Assembly (NCBI GenBank): GCA_951406725.2
Contig: OX597829.1
Location: 32,302,001-32,366,000, forward strand
DNA length: 64,000 bases
Direction of reading: 5' to 3'
From: Octopus vulgaris
Lineage: Eukaryota
Part shown: positions 40,735 to 54,923 of the stretch, piece after piece
How positions within the stretch are numbered: the stretch's first letter is position 1
Layout: every line of letters begins with the position of its first letter
Program-made: the position numbers and the translations under genes
The notes under the pieces: generated by a model
The model's input: only the letters and a program-made list of their open reading frames with translations
Told to the model about the DNA's origin: nothing
Database searches by the model: none

Positions 40735-41189
40735 CAAGCTTTACCAGGTGCTCATGAACGACGGATTTTGATAGGTTGTGGCTTTCTGTGGGTCATTCTC
40801 AGTTAATGACTTGATTTGGTCATCATCTGTAGTGGATGGTCTGTCTGATCGCTCTTTATCAATAAGGCTACAATCTCCAGCACAGAACCTTGCGAACCAC
40901 TTCCGTACAGTTCTTTCGGATAAAGAAACATAACATATTTCGCACGTTTCTTTGGTTGCTTGTGAGGCATTTTTCCCTTTACGGAAAAAGAAAAGCATCA
41001 AGTGCTGAAAATGAACTTTATTTTCCATTTTAAAGGGTTACTGAATTAACACAGGTTATAAGAACATAAACACTTCTTCCATGAAAAGATAGCTTAAACT
41101 GTGCTCTAAACAGAGGTGTAGTCAAATGCTATTTCTAAAATAAAGGTAAGCTACTATAAATTGGCATGAACTTTCCGGACAATCCAATA
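40735..41189 (-). mobile_element. Mariner (Mos1/SETMAR-type) 5' fragment
   Basis: MENKVHFQHLMLFFFRKGKNASQA...SERTVRKWFARFCAGDCSLIDKERSDRPS (HTH). The TIR reads TA-TTGGATTGTCCGGAAAGTTC on the minus strand. Confidence 0.85.
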
Positions 41190-42367
41190 TTGCTGGTGTA
41201 AATGTAATGGAAATATTATGCTAATATTTTGCTCTTGGCACTTGTCTATGAATTCTTAAGCTGTTGATATCACTGTACTGAATGGTATAGCCCAGTTGTT
41301 GAAACCATAATGATACCCATTTGGTAGATGATGATGAGAATATGTGTTTGATATACTTGTTGTCTGTGAATGGTTTATATATTTTGGATTCTTCTTATTC
41401 TGAGTTATTCTTTATTCTTGAATGGTTGAACTTGTGAAAGGAGTCAATGATTATTATGATTTTGATGTTTCTATTATTACATATATTGATATTGCATGAT
41501 TGTCTCCATTGGTGGTGTAATTATGCTAGGCTAAGACTTAAGGGTTTCTAGTTTTAGGAGGTTCTACAGAAGTATGGATTGGTAAAATGGAACATGCTTT
41601 TGCTGATTGTTTTAGGTACCTGTGTTGTCATAAGCAGACATAGATACTCTCTTCACCTTCTCACTCATGACCTAGTAATGTGTCCAGTGTGTTTGTGTGA
41701 GAAAGAGAGAGAGAGAGACAGACATACATTAGCAATCAGCTTGTATTCATTTACCGTTGAGTAGGCTGAAGCAATTTGAAATAAAGTGCCCCTTTTTCCA
41801 GGAATTGAACCCACAGCATTATGATTGTGAGTTAACACCCCAGTTATTAGGACACATGTTTTCATGCAGCACTATTAAAGAACACCGTTAAAATGCTTTT
41901 AATAGTTGAACACTAATCAAAAATGTATAAAAGTTGAAGGGCCTTTATAAATCCAAGTGGTTATTTAAGTCACCATTCCTGGTAATACTGGCTAACAAAG
42001 TGTATGCTTGCCATTGTTTGTTTGGAAGTCATGGAGCCTTCAGCTGCAGAGACACACAGGGATTGGTAGATATATTTGAAAAATAGTTTATGAAGCAAGC
42101 TCAACAGATAATCTTTAAGTGCCATTGGCACAGGAAGTAAAGTCAATTGATACTTGAATGTCTACTTCTCTTTTTCTGGTTTTACAAATGGCGAGGATTG
42201 TTTTTTTAGTATATTTTCTACATTCTCCATGCGTGTTTACATATAGTGAAAGAAGCATGGATTTGCAGAGTTTTAACTCTTCTTTCTAGCAAACCGGTGC
42301 ATATTATTGTACTTTGACTTTCAATAATATATACACACACATGTATGTGTGTATATATATACTTGTA

Positions 42368-42413
<46 letters not shown>

Positions 42414-42573
42414 CACACGTGTGTGTGTGGAGTGGTTGGCATTAGGAAGGGCATTCAGCTGTAGAAACACTGCCAGATCAGACTGAAGCCTGGTGCAGCC
42501 TCCTGGCTTCCCAGGCCCTGGTCGAACCTTCCAACCCATGCTAGCATGGAAAACAGATGATGATATACTTGTA

Positions 42574-42641
<68 letters not shown>

Positions 42642-42803
42642 TACACACACACAATATCCTTGTATATTTTTACATGCACACACATATATATACATATATG
42701 TATACACAGTGGGAGATGCATGTCTTTGGAGAGTTTAACTCTTCTTTCTAGCAAACAGGTGCATACTGTACCCTGACTTTTAAATATATATATATATATA
42801 CAC

Positions 42804-42841
<38 letters not shown>

Positions 42842-42896
42842 GCATATGTATATACACGAGTGTGTTTATGCATATATAATATAAAGACATGCGTGC

Positions 42897-42945
<49 letters not shown>

Positions 42946-43318
42946 TACACAATGTCCTTACATATTTCTTTTGTATGTATATATATACATGTATGCATGT
43001 ATATATACATATATTTTAAATAATTATTACCTTTGAAGGATTTTATTCCCATGCTGGCCACCTGAGAAGATCGGTATTTAAATATCAACCTTATCCTTAT
43101 TTATATAAATTTATATACATATATGCATGTATATATACATATATGTATGTATATATACATACATATATATATATATATCTATATATACATACTTATATAT
43201 ATCTATATATACATACTTATATATATATATATAAATAATAAATATTAGGGAATAAATCCAAATTTACAGGGAAAAAATCAGATTTAGGATTAAATCCAAT
43301 TTTATAGTAAAATATTAT

Positions 43319-43478
43319 AAAATATTATTAGAGACAAAACCACTATTTTGCAAAACAAACAAGGAAAGACTTAATCAATACATAAAATTTTAATATTTTG
43401 ACTATTTATTAAAATTTTATGTATTGATTAAGTCTTTCCTTGTTTGTTTTGCAAAATAGTGGTTTTGTCTCTAATAAT

Positions 43479-43483
<5 letters not shown>
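43319..43483. repeat. Perfect 77-bp inverted repeat with an 11-nt spacer
   Basis: 43319-43395 is the exact reverse complement of 43407-43483. The spacer is ttttgactatt. Confidence 0.95.
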
Positions 43484-43525
<42 letters not shown>

Positions 43526-44349
43526 ATACATATATGTATATATATGTATATATATACATATATGTATGTATGTATATATATACATATGTTTGTATGTATA
43601 TATATATATATGTATGTATATAGACACATGTATATATATATATATGTATGTATATAGACATATGTATATATATATATGTATGTATATAGACACATGTATA
43701 TATATATATGTATGTATATATACACATGTGTATATATATATATATATATAGATATATACACACGCATACAGATAAAAGAAAGGGAACAACAATTAACAAT
43801 TAGATGATCATCGGTATTAATTGGTCATAGTGTAATTGTAATTGAAGAACATTTATTACTGTTTCAGTTTATTTTGAAGTAAAATTACATTTATCTCATT
43901 CAATTTAACGAACATCGTCAGAATGATTTAGAGTTTATTGGAGGAATATAGAGAGGAGAAAAAGGGAAATGAAAAGAAAAAGGCTGAAAAAGAAAAAGTT
44001 TGTGAAGTCTGTAGGCTTACATTTTCGTGCCGTTTTTGGTTCCACGTGTGTGTACGTTTCTTCAATTAGATGAATGGAGCAATAACTAAATTTGGCCTGA
44101 CATGACTGCAGTAATGTAAAAGTTCGGTTATTTTATATATTCTCTATATTAAATTAAAGACACACACACACACTCATTTCACCATATATTTGTGTGTGTG
44201 TGTGTGTATAGATATATTTAATGGTCACTAATTACAGATAAATTTCACAACATGCGACATCATATCACTATAGTACTCATCCACTGATAATTATTGCATT
44301 GGTGTCATTGTTGGTCAATTAATAAAATCATTAAAGTATCAGTCTTGTA

Positions 44350-45080
44350 GTGTTTTCTTTGTTGTTAGTTCAGAATCTCATCAAAGTCAACTTTGCCTTC
44401 CAACCTTTCAGAACTAATAAAATATACGTAGTATTGACTTAATTCCTGTTTCCCAAAATGTTGGGCTGTACCTAAACTAAAAAACCATCATCATCACCAT
44501 CATTTTTGTTATTTAGTATGCTGAGCAAAATGCTAAGTGGCATTTTGTCCATATTTGTTTTCTGAATTCAAATTCCTTTCAGGGTCAATAAAATAAGTAC
44601 CCATTGAACATTGGGGTCAATATAAATTGTCTAACTTCATCCGAATTTGCTACCTTGTGCTACAGTTTGAAACCATTATTATTATCATGGTAGCAGGGTG
44701 GTTGAATTGTTAGTGTCAGGCAAAATGCTCAATAGTATTTCTCTTGACTCTTTCCATCCAAATGTCATTGAGGTTGACTCTGCCTTACATCCTTTTAGGC
44801 TCTATAAAATAAAATACCAAGTAGTGGAGTAATTGCTGTCCTTGTGCCAAAGTTTATTATTATTATTATTAAGACACACGCTGGGAGAAATGCTTAGTGG
44901 TATTTCGTTCACCTTGATGTTCTGAGTTCAGATTTTGCTGTGGTCAGTGTTGCCTTTCATCCTTTCGGGGTCAATAAATAAAATCAGTGAAACACTGGGG
45001 TCAATGTAATTGACTAGTCCCCTCTCCACTAATTTGAGGCCTTGTACCTCCTGTTGAAAGGATTATTATTATTTTTATTA
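44350..45080 (+). mobile_element. Head-to-tail run of four diverged copies of one SINE family
   Basis: The pattern aaatgctta...ttctgagttcaaat...gcctttcatcctttc...ataaaata..tacc...ccttgtgcc...attattattat recurs at about 44350, 44510, 44690 and 44875. Confidence 0.65.
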
Positions 45081-45818
45081 TTATATAGAATTTACAAACA
45101 CTCCGGTCCTTTTCCTCTGACTGCCGTCCCTACCACACACACACACACACACACGTCCTCATTTCTTCATTCTTGGATCCTGTTTATTTTTATCAAAACA
45201 TGTTTATTAGAAGTGATGAAATTGTTTGACATTGTCTTTTTTATTTCATTTTTATTTTTGTGACTGCCTGTTTTGAGTTAATTGAAGTGGCATAACTGGA
45301 ACTCTTGAAAACGATTTTTAAAATTTTAGTTCTATTATTTATATTATTACTATTATTATTATTATTATTGTTGTTGTTATTTTTATAATAATAATAATAT
45401 TGTGTAATAGTCAGTGAGTTGTGTCTGTTAGACTTGCCAGATTATGGATCTTTCAAAGATTTTGCTGCCAAAAATTTTTTATAAAAGATTTTAAGAAATA
45501 TTAATGTGTAAAAAGCTTCACATAGATTTTAGTTTTATTTTTTTTATGATGATGCTGGTAGTGGTGGCGGTGTTGGTTGTGGTGGTGGTGATGTTGGTGG
45601 CAATGTTGGCAGTAGTAACGGTGAAGTGTTAGTGTGGTAAAAAATATTTTATTCCATGCTCATTGGCTCTCTAGTCTCAGTGATGTATATGAGTGAGTGT
45701 GTATGTGTAATATATGCATATGTTCATATTTGTATGTATATATGTGAGCATATTTATGTATTTTATATCTATTCTTATAAGTATATTTTTTGTTTATGTC
45801 ATATACACACACGCATAC

Positions 45819-45875
<57 letters not shown>

Positions 45876-46879
45876 CGCATGCATGTGTGTGTAATATATA
45901 TGTATTGTTTATTTCTTTATATTGATAAGAAAGGGGAAGGAAACATTATTCACAATTAAAATTTTGCCAGACATGCCATCAAGTGTGATATGTAAAAATT
46001 GTGTATTTTTCTACTTTGAAACCAAACTGGTGTTCAGGCTTAAACCTTTTCCACAACTACCTTGTATTATTAAAAATTTCCTTTTGTTATGCTTCGCTAA
46101 AACTTGAAAAAAAAATTTTTTTAATGAAAAAAAGATAAGACTGAAAGTAAAAGATACCTTCCAAAAATTTGTACAAATTGAAAATTACATTTTAAAAATA
46201 TATAATGATCAGTAAAAGGGTCTTTTATTTGTTTGTTTTTATTTTTTATTTTATCTTTTTTTTTTCTGAGATGGGGGAAATCATTTTGTTGGTTCAGTTT
46301 TGCTATGTGATGGAATTACTGAAAATGATATTTAAAATTTCACTAAAAACTACAAAATTCTTTGTTGTTTTCTTTCGTTTTCATATTTAGAGGTAGATTT
46401 TATTGACATTGCTTTCTTTGTTTTGCTTAAAGACTATGAATATACCATTATTTTTTTTTAGGAAGTATGGGTTAATCAATATCTATCTCTACCAGATCTG
46501 TTCTTAAAGATATTGCATTTAATTTCATCTCTTATCAAGACTAGGTTGTTGTTTATATTTCTTTGGTCAACTTTGATCATGCTGACCTACATGTTAGCAG
46601 GATTTATGCTGTGACCATGCTATACTTTATATATCAAGGATTACATTGTTCAGTATAAGATGGTTGAGGGTGATTTGAAGGTAATTTGGTTGCTATTTCT
46701 AACCACATCAAATTGACTGCATATAGGCTTTCTCTTCATTCCTCATATTGTGGGGAATTGGGTCAGTTTCATATTTCAAGGTCCTAATACATTTTAGGAC
46801 ACAAGTTTTCCCCATGTTTCAATTATAATTAATGATTGTAATCATGATGAAATTGATACTCTGGTGAATCTTTGCTCAG

Positions 46880-47034
46880 ACTTCTCAAACATGCCATCCA
46901 TCACAATCTTATACAGTGTTGGAGAGGTCAGCAGCTGTATTCTGGGTCTGTATAGAACCAGTTGTTGAATATTTTGTTGGGTGGGTGCTGTATCACTTAC
47001 AAATTTGTGCTAAGCTCTCCAACAATGTCCTGAA

Positions 47035-47099
<65 letters not shown>

Positions 47100-47700
47100 G
47101 GCACCAGTGATTGCACAAAGACAAATCAAAACAGTCACACACACACTGCTTGGTCTGAAGCTTTTCCACAGCTTGTAACATGTGGATGTAAGCACCTTCA
47201 AGTATTATTCCCATGTGTCTGGTGAGTGTCCAAGCAGTGGGACCATGCAGTAGCACTGATTTCACTGTGGCATGGAAGAGGCTTACCTTAATCCATTAGC
47301 ATTTAAACTGACCATATCCAGCCAAAATATTCTACCGTTTTTATGTTCAAACCAGCCAGATACAGCCTCTTGCACCCATGCTACAATGTCATTCTAAAAA
47401 ATAAAACAGTCATATCACTGAAATCTTGAAGTTAAGAGATTGTGCATGATTAATTCAAAACAAGGTGAATAGATAAGCATTACACATTAGATAGAGCAAT
47501 CTGAATAATAAAGGATTAAGCTTTTCTTGTGACAATGACTACATGAAACTGAGGATACTAAGAACAAAATCTACTTTTGCAATATGAATTTTTATACTCT
47601 TTTCTGTGGATGTGATGTTAACTTCCTATGTGAAATAAATCATCATTGGAGAGACTGTTAGCTCTGTAAATATTAACTTTTATGTATTACACCTAGTCAA
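46880..47700 (-). mobile_element. Degenerate RTE-X-like LINE fragment interrupted by (CT)n and a MITE
   Basis: KSVLLHGPTAWTLT...LEGAYIHMLQAV resembles ESVLLYGSxAWTLT...LDGxYTRMLRA. Confidence 0.6.
47288..47519 (+). mobile_element. piggyBac-like MITE with duplicated TTAA
   Basis: TTAA at 47288-47291 and 47516-47519; the body is homologous to 15845-16055. Confidence 0.8.
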
Positions 47701-48059
47701 AATGTAGACAAAGTTATAATTTCACTTTACTACAACATTGTGTATGTGTGAGAGATCACATACATATACACTGTTCTCATTTTATCAACCATGTGGGTCT
47801 CACAGATGTGAAGGAACAAATGGTAGAGGTTATTCCTGGGGAAGATTTATTCAACAGCTTTTGGAACATTTTCCTAGATTATGATGGCTGAATGCAGTTA
47901 AGTTCATATTTAGATTGGATTAAAAGTGGGGCATCTGGTATACAACAAGGGCAATTCAGCTGATTGGTAAAGACTTGTTCATCAACACACTACAGCATTT
48001 GGTGTACAAATTTTCTGTATTTTTTCATGGTATGTGTGAAAGATAGAATGCGTGTCCTT

Positions 48060-48112
<53 letters not shown>

Positions 48113-49894
48113 GTGTCCTGTTATCAGCTCATATGAATGACTTATTCATTGAATTAACATGTGAAGTGGATGAGAATTTCACAGGTACTCATATTCTTGA
48201 TATATACCCTTGATATAACAATTGCAACTAGGCTGGGCTTCGAAATTCCACAAGAATCCATCAATGGACTTCCACACAGATATTTTCTACTCAGACTTAC
48301 AGTTTGAATTGACGTAAAGCTATGATAAAGGCTCACATTGAGATTGAACTCGGGACATGGTTGCAAAACAAACTTGTTTACTAATCAACCATGCCTGTGT
48401 ATGTGCATGCATGTATTGGCTTCTGTGCTTCTGAACTTTTGAGTTGCAATCCATATCTCTTATTCAAATTTTGCCTATTTCATGTCACTTTCTTGTTTCA
48501 CTTTTGCATTTGACTCTGGAAGAAAAAAAATGTTAAAATGAGCCTTGATTCTTTCTTTCTAGATTTGTAAGTTTGTAATACATTTGTTTGTGTGTGTGTG
48601 TGTTTTTTTTTTGTTTTTTTTTTACTGCTGCAGGCTTTGAGACCTACTGAAATTCAAATTGAATATCAATTGCAACCAGTCCACTGGTTGGAAGAGTTAT
48701 GTCCCTTTTCTTCTGATTAAATAATTAAAAAGAAAAATTATGTGAAAGTTTAGTAGTGCTTTGACATGTTCAAGGAGCCAATGGCCACTTTACCCAATAT
48801 GATGTTTTTTGACTGTGTAGGGAAATTTTTGTTGCTACTTCTAGCATGTGAAATGACTATTTATTGGCTCCCTTGCTCTCTCCAAGTTACACTGGCATGT
48901 AATGGGTTTGACATACTATTTTTATTTTAGTAAACATAGTAATCTCAGCAACCGGTCTTCTGTGTAAACTATGTATGGCCAACTGAAATATGACTAATAG
49001 CTTCAACTTGATCAGCTATACCGATTCTGATGATTTTGTTTTAATTTAGTTAAGCTGGATGAAGTTATGTGTAGTATTCCTCCAAGATAGACTGAATTGA
49101 TGATATTTCATACTAATAGTGAATTTTCAATTTGTATTCTTCTTGTTTGCTATTTTATGTTGTATCCAAAGGTTTTCTTATGTTGATAGAGGAAATATAC
49201 TTGAAGTGCACTAGGGGGCTGTTCATACTGAGACATCAATGAAGAATTTGTGTTTTTGTTTTTGTAGTTATGCAATTCAGATTTTTTTATGGTATTTTTT
49301 AATACTTTGAAATTAAACCATCCAGGCCTTTAACTTGTAAAAAACATCTGTGCTGACACTACATACTCTGTCACAACTTGTGTTTGCATTACAGTTCTAA
49401 ACAGCAGAAAATCACAGGTATAGAGCTATAGTTTGTTTTCATAAGTGTTATGTGGGAAGACTGAGAACAAAAGCAGGTCAAGTTTACCTTGTGAGAGTGC
49501 TTTGATGTGTGTACATCACATTTGACCTGAAAGGATGACATTAATGGGTCTTCTGTTAAATGCATTTGGCAACACTACTCTTTGCAGTTTTCTTGCAGAG
49601 TCTGTTGTTCTAAACTCTTTTGATGTTGAGTGCTATGATATACACTTTCTCTGTTATTTGTCTGGCAAAAGGATAATAAGAAATTTTGTTGTGTTGTTGT
49701 TTCATTGGGAGTTGAATATTTTGTTTGATATGTGGTAATTTTTGGACAGGTAACCATATAAAAGAACAAATTAAAATATATCATTTGAAAGTGCTAGTTG
49801 ATGAACTAGATGACCAGCATGAAAGTAAAGGATTCAAAACATTTTAGTGCTGATAGTTTATATTTGTACATAATTTTACTATAATTTGCATGTA

Positions 49895-50232
49895 GGTTTA
49901 GGCATGGCTATGTGGTAAGAAGCTTGCTTCTCACCTACATGGTTTTGGGTTCAGTCCCACTGCATGTAATTTGGTAGATGGAAGCTGTCTCTTTGTGTCA
50001 GTGTTTGTCTCCCTTCTCCATCACCACTTGACAACCAGTGTTGGTGTGTTTATCTCCCTGTAAGTTGTCCTTGTCAGTTGTCAAACCACTAACTTAGTGG
50101 TTCGACAAAACAGACCAATAGAATAAGTACTAGGCTTAAAAAGTTAGTCCTGGGGGGGATTTGTTCAACTAAAACCCTTCAAGGTGGTGCTCCAGCATGG
50201 TTGCAGTGAAATGACTGAAACAAATAAAAGAA
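49895..50232 (+). mobile_element. tRNA-headed CORE-like SINE
   Basis: ggcatggctatgtggtaagaagcttgcttc...ggttcagtcccactgc...atgactgaaacaaataaaagaata. Confidence 0.8.
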
Positions 50233-52611
50233 TAACACTGACTGCTACCATATGTTTGAGTTCAAATCCTACTATTACAGCTGCTTTGTTGGAATGTAAA
50301 ACCAGTTTCATTCAGTTTTCATAGTTCAGATACTCTTCTTAACTGGTTGCAACTGAGTTGTGTCTCATTGTGCTGCATCAGGAATCTCTGTCCATTATTA
50401 ATTTGAGTACATTTTCAGTTTCATGTATGTGCTGTCAATAATGTTAATGTAGTTGAGTGGATTTCTTCCTCTATTTGAGTGTAGAATTCTCAAAATATGA
50501 CTACTTGTATGGCCTATTGTTCAGTAGGGTATCAATGACCAGCAAAATCAATCTTGTATGAAACAGTAATAGTAGAGATGGTTGGAATGTGATAATGAAT
50601 TTCCTCTCTGGTCTTATACTCACAACATGAGATGAGATGTTTTGAGCCCTCTTGAAAAGTTTGATATAAATACCATCAAGGTGATTTTGAAGCTGTTCCT
50701 ACAGATGTGTCTTGTCTACCAATAGAAAGAAAAACCAAACAGTTATTATCTGTAACCAGAGTACTTAATGTACAATGTCTCTACCCACTTACCTATATAG
50801 GTACCATCAATGCAGGTGTAAAGCTCACTTCTATTAACAAAAGCTGAGACACTACAATTAAGTCCTTGAAGTAAGTTTAAACTCATTTTAGCAAAAAAAC
50901 TTCCTCTCTCCAAAGACTTCCTATTTGCATCATGTATGTCTTATGCTTTTACAGTTTATTATGGGAATTTCTCCAGAATTTGCCTCTCTTCGATTTTCAG
51001 GGAAAATAGCATGTGGTACCTCTAGCAGTGAATCACAATTTCATCATTGTCATCATTTAATGTCCATCTTCCATGCATGCATGAGAAGGATTGTTGACAG
51101 GAGTTGGCCATGTAGAAACTCTACCCAAGGCTACTATGTTTTGGCAGGGATTTTTTACAGTTGGATGCCCTTCCTAACACCAGCCACTCTGCCTGTGCTA
51201 ATGCCACGTAAAAAGCATTGAGTCCACCCTGCAAAGTTAGTTTTGGTAAGATTTTTACAGCTAGGTACCCTTCCAGATGCTAACCATGTTACAGTGTGAA
51301 CTGGATGCTTTTAATATGGTACCAGTATTGGTAGGGTAACCAAGAAACACACAAAACATGGAACTATGAAAAGAGCAGGGCATTTGTGTCAGAGGATGAA
51401 AGTTAGTGTGACAAAGAGACAGAAGCAGGTGTTTTGCCACAACAGAGGGGACATAAGAGGAGGTGATCCAGTATCAGATAATGAAAGGTTTGGGTGTAAC
51501 AGAGAAATAGAGAGGCAGAAATAGGTGTCTTGTTATAGAGGAGCTACATGGTTATCCAGTGAGAGAGAGAGAGAGCGGGGTACAAGAAAGAGGCCAGAAG
51601 CAAGTGTGCTGATGTAAAAGTGATACTTGGTTACATAGTCAGAGGAAAAACGAGGTGAGTAGGAGACAGCAAAAGTGTAAGAGAGAATAAAAGAGAGATG
51701 GTGTAGTGCTGGGGTATACTCACAAGTAACAAGAACATGAGCATAGAACCTGGGTAGAGAAATAGGGAGTGAATGTGATCTGTTGTGCAAGTCATTTAGG
51801 GATACCAGCTCATTGTATTGCATGGTCGATTATGTGAGCAACTCGTGTGTTCTACATTGCCAGGTACAAGATGTAGTTGAAAAACATATATTTTATAGTT
51901 GACAAATGTTTCAGCAGCAAAAGCACAGTATTCAATGGTCCAGATCATGATGGTAACTGAAAGTTAAAAAAATATAAAAATATTTCCTATATGAAGACAT
52001 TGTTACCATCTGTCTAACTTCACTAGCTAACAGGCATCAAAACAACAGGAACGGGAGGATTCTTTATCACATACTGTTTTTTCAGTATCTATTTCTTAGG
52101 ATCATCATAGTGCTTTTCATTGCCTTTATATTTCTAATGACTCCTTCAGTCATATATCCATCAATATCAATGGCTGGTCTCTCTTTTTGGTGTACTTAGA
52201 ATAATCTCCCTCTCTCATATATGTATTCTTTTCATTCTTATAGTATGTTTCTATGCTTCTTTGCAATGTGAGTGAGGGAAAATGCTTTGCATTCATTTTA
52301 TCCATACTTTTGTGGTTGATGTTTGATTTACACTGTGCTCATAGTCCATTGGATGACATACAGTATATATGTGACTGGGCTGAATATTCATAATCATGAA
52401 ATGGAATGGCAAAGATACATAGCTAAGCAAACACATGACCAGGTACATGTGCATATGTTTAAATGTGTGTGTATAACATACATACACAAAGAAAATTCAT
52501 AGTGACTTTGAAAGTTTTACCTTGTGCTTGCTTCATCAGACTGCACACTGGCATGCAACAAACCTTCAAAGTCACTGTTAACTTTGCTTTTTTTTAAATA
52601 CATTTTATATG

Positions 52612-52644
<33 letters not shown>

Positions 52645-53607
52645 TGCGCAATCCTTCAGTTAATGTTTGTCTTATGCAAGTACATAAAACACATGCCTAT
52701 ATCTATGTGTGTATGATGTGCATGCACAAATGTGTCTTTTCTTCTTTTTTTTTGACCAAGAGGAGGTAGTGAGGTTATAGAGCCTTTCTTCAGTTGAGAG
52801 TGAATAATATAAATTTTGTCCTATTGTATATTATACATGTATGTGTGTGTGTGTGTGTGTGTGTATGTATTAGAGGCACAGGAAGCAGCATTTATTGAAT
52901 ATACATACATATTTATGTTGCTCATCATGGATGTTTGAATAAACTAACTGAAACAAACTATGTGTTTAAAACAAATAAAACATTCTTTCCCTGATGTCTA
53001 TTGTTGACCTGACATCATTGTTTATTGTCTTACACTCAGTTGATTGAAAGATGGTTATCCTGACATCCTTGTCTATTGTATTTTGTTGCTTAATACAGTT
53101 GATGTCTCACAATTGCAATGACTTCTTCATAATGCAGCAGGCGTTCTCATACTATATACACTAATGTCACTTGAAAAGAGGAACTACTTTCTGGGGTATG
53201 ATTAGCTGACGTTATTGACAAGAATGTAGCATGAGTGTCTTCAAAGACACAGTATTCAGTATCATATGTAACTGTTGAAAATAACAGATAATGAACAAAA
53301 AGTGGAGCAAGAAGGAAAGAAAGATACACTGCTCAAATTATTTAGAATGATTTTTAGTATCAATAACTGAATTTACATTCAAGGTTTGAGCCATTCAAAG
53401 TTATATCACCAAATAGAACTAGATATTAATCTTTTAGCATTTAAAGTGCCCATTCCTGGCCCAAGTAATCTACCAGTTTTATGTTCAAACCAGCCAGGTT
53501 TTGCCTATCACACCTACCTTACAATGACATTCTAAAATTAAACAGTCTCATCATCAAAATCTTGGAGCTGTTGAGATAATGTATCATTAACTCAAAACAA
53601 TTTTAAT

Positions 53608-54923
53608 ATCATCATCATCATCATCGTTTAACGTCCGCTTTCCATGCTAGCATGGGTTGGACGGTTCAACTGGGGTCTGGCAAGCCCGAAGGCTGCACCA
53701 GGCCAGTCAGATCTGGCAGTGTTTCTACAGCTGGATGCCCTTCCTAATGCCAACCACTCTGAGTGGTGATTTTATGTGCCACTGACACAGGTGCCAGACG
53801 AGGCTGGCAGATGGCCACGCTCGGATAAGCATTATATTGGATAGAGTGATCGGAATGCACTCTGCACTTGACTTGATGGGTCCTCTTAAGCAGAGCACAT
53901 CACCTAAAGTCTTCGTCACTAGTCATTGCCTCTGTGAGGTTCAAAGTTCGAAGATCATGTTTCACCACCTTGTCCCATGTCTTCATGGGTCTACCTCTAC
54001 TACAAGTTCCCTCCACAGTTAGAGATCGGCATTTCTTTACACAGTTGTCCTTGGCCATACACATCACATGACCATAGCAGCGCAGTTGTCTCTCTTGCAC
54101 ACCATCTGATTCCTCTTATACTTAACTTTTCTGTCAAGATGCTTACAGTCTTTCAAACATGCACACTGACATTGCTCATCCACAAAGCATACTAGCTTTA
54201 TTTATTTCAAGCCTACGCATGTCCTTGGCTGTCACTGCCCATGTTTCACTGCCATACAGCATAGCTGTTCGCACTCAGGCATCAAACAATCTGCCTTTCA
54301 TTCTGAGAGAGGGGCCTTTTGTTGCCAGCAGGTGTAGGAACTCTCTGGACTTTACCCAACCAAATCTAATTCTTACAGCTACACTCTTGGAACATCTACC
54401 TCCACTACTAACCTGGTTGACTAGATAAAAGAAGCTATCTACTACTTCTAGGTTGCCCCCTGGTAGTTGATGAAGTGTATTTTCCACTCATGTTCAGCAT
54501 TTATTATACCTGTGCACCTTCCATATACAAAAGTTAGTTTCTCTGTTAACTTTCCTTTGATGTTGCTGCACCTTTTATGTGTCCAAAGCTTACACTGGGT
54601 GCATCTTATGGAATTTCTACCTACACCTTTTCTACAAATTGTGCAAGGCCAGCTACCCGAGGGGATTTGTGATTTGTCTACCTTCCTATTTACTATGACT
54701 TTAGTTTTTGCTAGGTTAACTCTAGGGCCTTTTGATTCTAGACCTTGTTTCCATACCTGGAACTTCTCTAGTTCAGGTAGTGATTCAGCTATTTGGGCAT
54801 GGTCATTGACATAGAGGAACACCCAGGGGCAGCCTGTTTCGAATTTCTCTGTTATTGTCTGGAGGACTATGATGAACAAGAGGGGACTGAGCACCAAACC
54901 TTGGTGAACCCCTACTTGTACTC
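53608..54923 (-). mobile_element. 5'-truncated RTE-clade LINE (RT core, Cys/His-rich insert, 3' UTR, (TGA)n tail)
   Basis: VQVGVHQGLVLSPLLFIIVL...GCPWVFLYVND...GLESKGPRVNLAKTKV...PCTICRKGVGRNSIRCTQCKLWTHKRCS...LEVVDSFFYL...RQLRCYGHVMCM...RGRPMKTW, spread over ORFs 54448-54897, 54275-54487 and 53900-54100. Confidence 0.92.

Noticed and set aside
43855-43925. Possible hammerhead ribozyme on the minus strand (CTGACGA...GAAAC)
   Set aside because: I could not pair stems I-III convincingly; at most a degenerate relic. An Infernal or RNAmotif search would decide.
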